Shown here piece by piece: positions 24,048 to 25,696 of a stretch of 25,696 nucleotides of DNA. The position numbers and the translations under genes were made by a program. The stretch is from positions 1-25,696 of the forward strand of contig CAYZLS010000003.1 of the NCBI GenBank assembly GCA_964479355.1, read 5' to 3'. The notes under the pieces are model-generated. The model saw nothing but the letters and a program-made list of their open reading frames with translations. It was not told the DNA's origin and made no database searches. This stretch comes from an uncultured Wenzhouxiangellaceae bacterium (GTDB lineage: Bacteria; Pseudomonadota; Gammaproteobacteria; Xanthomonadales; SZUA-36). Within the stretch, counting starts at the first letter, position 1, and each line of letters begins with the position of its first letter.

Positions 24048-25696
24048 ATGGGCTATATCCTACGTCCAGCGGGTCACCAGTCTAAGCGCCGCGGATCCGC
24101 GGCGGGGATCGGGAGGCTGCTCATGCTGCTGCTTGCACTCCTCGCGACCGCGCAGATTTCCTTCGGCGCCGATCGCGGCGACGACATCGTCATGCAGGAA
24201 GCCTGGATTCCGATGCGCGATGGCGTGCGTCTCGCCGCGGACGTCTATTTCCCCCGAGGGCGAGAACCGGGTGCGGAACATTCCGGCGAAGCGCTGCCGG
24301 TGCTGTTTGAATACCTGCCGTACCGCAAGACCGAGGGCCGCGCCTCTAGGCTGGCGCTGTACTCCTATTTCATCCGGCGCGGTTACGTCGTAGCCCGCGT
24401 TGACATCCGCGGCACGGGCAACAGCGAAGGCCACCTCGTAGAGTTCGAGTACAGCGAGCAGGAGCAGCAGGATGGCGAGGACGCGATCGCCTGGCTCGCG
24501 GGGCAGCCCTATGCGAGCGGCAAGGTCGGCATGTTCGGGTTGTCCTGGGGTGGTTTCAATTCCATTCACATGGCGATGCGCAACCCGCCTGCGCTCAAGG
24601 CGATCCTGGCGATCATGGCGGCCGATGACTTGTACGAGGACGATGTGCACTTCATCGACGGAGGCATGCACGTTGACTCCTATGAAATGCTACTGGATCT
24701 AGAGAACTCGATGCCTGGGGCACCGGACTACCTCATCGACGAGGACTACTACCGTAACCGCTTCGACACACCGCCCTGGCTGCCCCTGTACAAGCGTCAG
24801 CCGCGCGCCGGCCCCTTCTGGGATCGAACGGCTCCGAAGGCCCATTTCGACGCAATCCGCATCCCCACTTTTCTGATCGGCGGCCTGCTGGATGGCTACC
24901 GCGACAGCCTTCCTCGCATGCTTCAGCACCTGCAGGCGCCAGTGAAGGCGATCATGGGTCCCTGGGCGCATTCCTGGCCGAACCTGGCCTACCCGCAGCC
25001 CGCGATCGAGTGGCGCCACGAAGCGGTGCGCTGGTTCGATTACTGGCTGAAGGACGAGGACACCGGGATTATGGCGGAGCCGCGCTTCGCCGTGTACGTG
25101 CGGAACTGGCATCCGCCGCTCACGGACCTTGAGACCATGCCCGGCGAGTGGCGCTGGGAAGAAGGTTGGCCCATCGAGCGCATCGGCATGCGAACGCTCT
25201 ATCCGCGCGCCAACCGTGGCCTCGGTGACGCGGTTCCCGCCGGCGAGGCCCAGACGCACACCCTCGACTATGTACCTACCAGTGGTGCCGAGGCGGGCGG
25301 ACCGGTCATGTGGTGGGGCGATCCCACGCCGGACCAGCGCCCCTCGGACGCCTTCGGGTTGGTGTACGAGACCGAGCCGCTAACGGAGGACCTCGAGATC
25401 CTCGGTTTCCCCCGAGCCTACCTGAATGTGAGTTCCAGCACGCCGGTCGCAAACTGGTTCGCAAGACTATCGGACGTCGCACCAGGTGGCGCCGTCAGCC
25501 TTGTGGCCGGGGCCGGCTTTAACGGCACGCACCGCGAGTCTTCGCGCTCGCCGGCGCCGCTGGTGCCGGACGCCGAGGTGGTGTTAGACATCGATATGCA
25601 CTTCACCTCCTGGGTGTTTCCTGCCGGCCACCGGATCCGACTGGTGGTGAGCAACGCGCAGTGGCCGATGATCTGGCCAACGCCCGCAGTGATGAG
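24048..25696 (+). CDS. Exported CocE/NonD family (peptidase S15-like) alpha/beta hydrolase, 3' end beyond the window (absent from the ORF track)
   Basis: Manual translation: signal-like GRLLMLLLALLATAQISFG, IPMRDGVRLAADVY, EYLPYRK, VDIRGTGNSEG, nucleophile elbow GMFGLSWGG, IGGLLDGY, GPWAH, GHRIRLVVSNAQWP. GAAAGGG RBS. Confidence 0.94.
   Translation, partial: MGYILRPAGHQSKRRGSAAGIGRLLMLLLALLATAQISFGADRGDDIVMQEAWIPMRDGVRLAADVYFPRGREPGAEHSGEALPVLFEYLPYRKTEGRASRLALYSYFIRRGYVVARVDIRGTGNSEGHLVEFEYSEQEQQDGEDAIAWLAGQPYASGKVGMFGLSWGGFNSIHMAMRNPPALKAILAIMAADDLYEDDVHFIDGGMHVDSYEMLLDLENSMPGAPDYLIDEDYYRNRFDTPPWLPLYKRQPRAGPFWDRTAPKAHFDAIRIPTFLIGGLLDGYRDSLPRMLQHLQAPVKAIMGPWAHSWPNLAYPQPAIEWRHEAVRWFDYWLKDEDTGIMAEPRFAVYVRNWHPPLTDLETMPGEWRWEEGWPIERIGMRTLYPRANRGLGDAVPAGEAQTHTLDYVPTSGAEAGGPVMWWGDPTPDQRPSDAFGLVYETEPLTEDLEILGFPRAYLNVSSSTPVANWFARLSDVAPGGAVSLVAGAGFNGTHRESSRSPAPLVPDAEVVLDIDMHFTSWVFPAGHRIRLVVSNAQWPMIWPTPAVM

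Noticed and set aside
24060-25259. 203-aa and 186-aa minus-strand ORFs
   Set aside because: Antisense to the clearly recognisable CocE/NonD frame.

Overview
GC-rich proteobacterial-looking accessory region devoted to amine/amide catabolism; the taxon cannot be fixed from sequence alone. Left part (1-4763), partly decayed: a partial aldehyde dehydrogenase, a trimethylamine/histamine-dehydrogenase-family flavoenzyme interrupted by one in-frame TAG, a membrane-protein gene fragment, and a Tat-exported amidohydrolase broken by a short frameshifting deletion. At 4788-4864 the 3' half of a tRNA(CAT) abuts two perfect IHF-consensus sites, which reads as an integration (att) boundary. Right of it the genes are intact: an MFS transporter converging on a ~15 kb minus-strand run (TonB-dependent receptor > beta-propeller amidohydrolase > amidohydrolase-3 > soxBDAG > dimethylglycine-dehydrogenase-like GcvT flavoprotein), and, divergent from the receptor, a TPR-sulfotransferase and an exported CocE/NonD hydrolase that runs off the end. 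The best candidate for an undescribed system is a TBDR-led uptake/hydrolysis/N-demethylation locus with a divergent TPR-sulfotransferase. All family calls come from motif recognition, not database searches.
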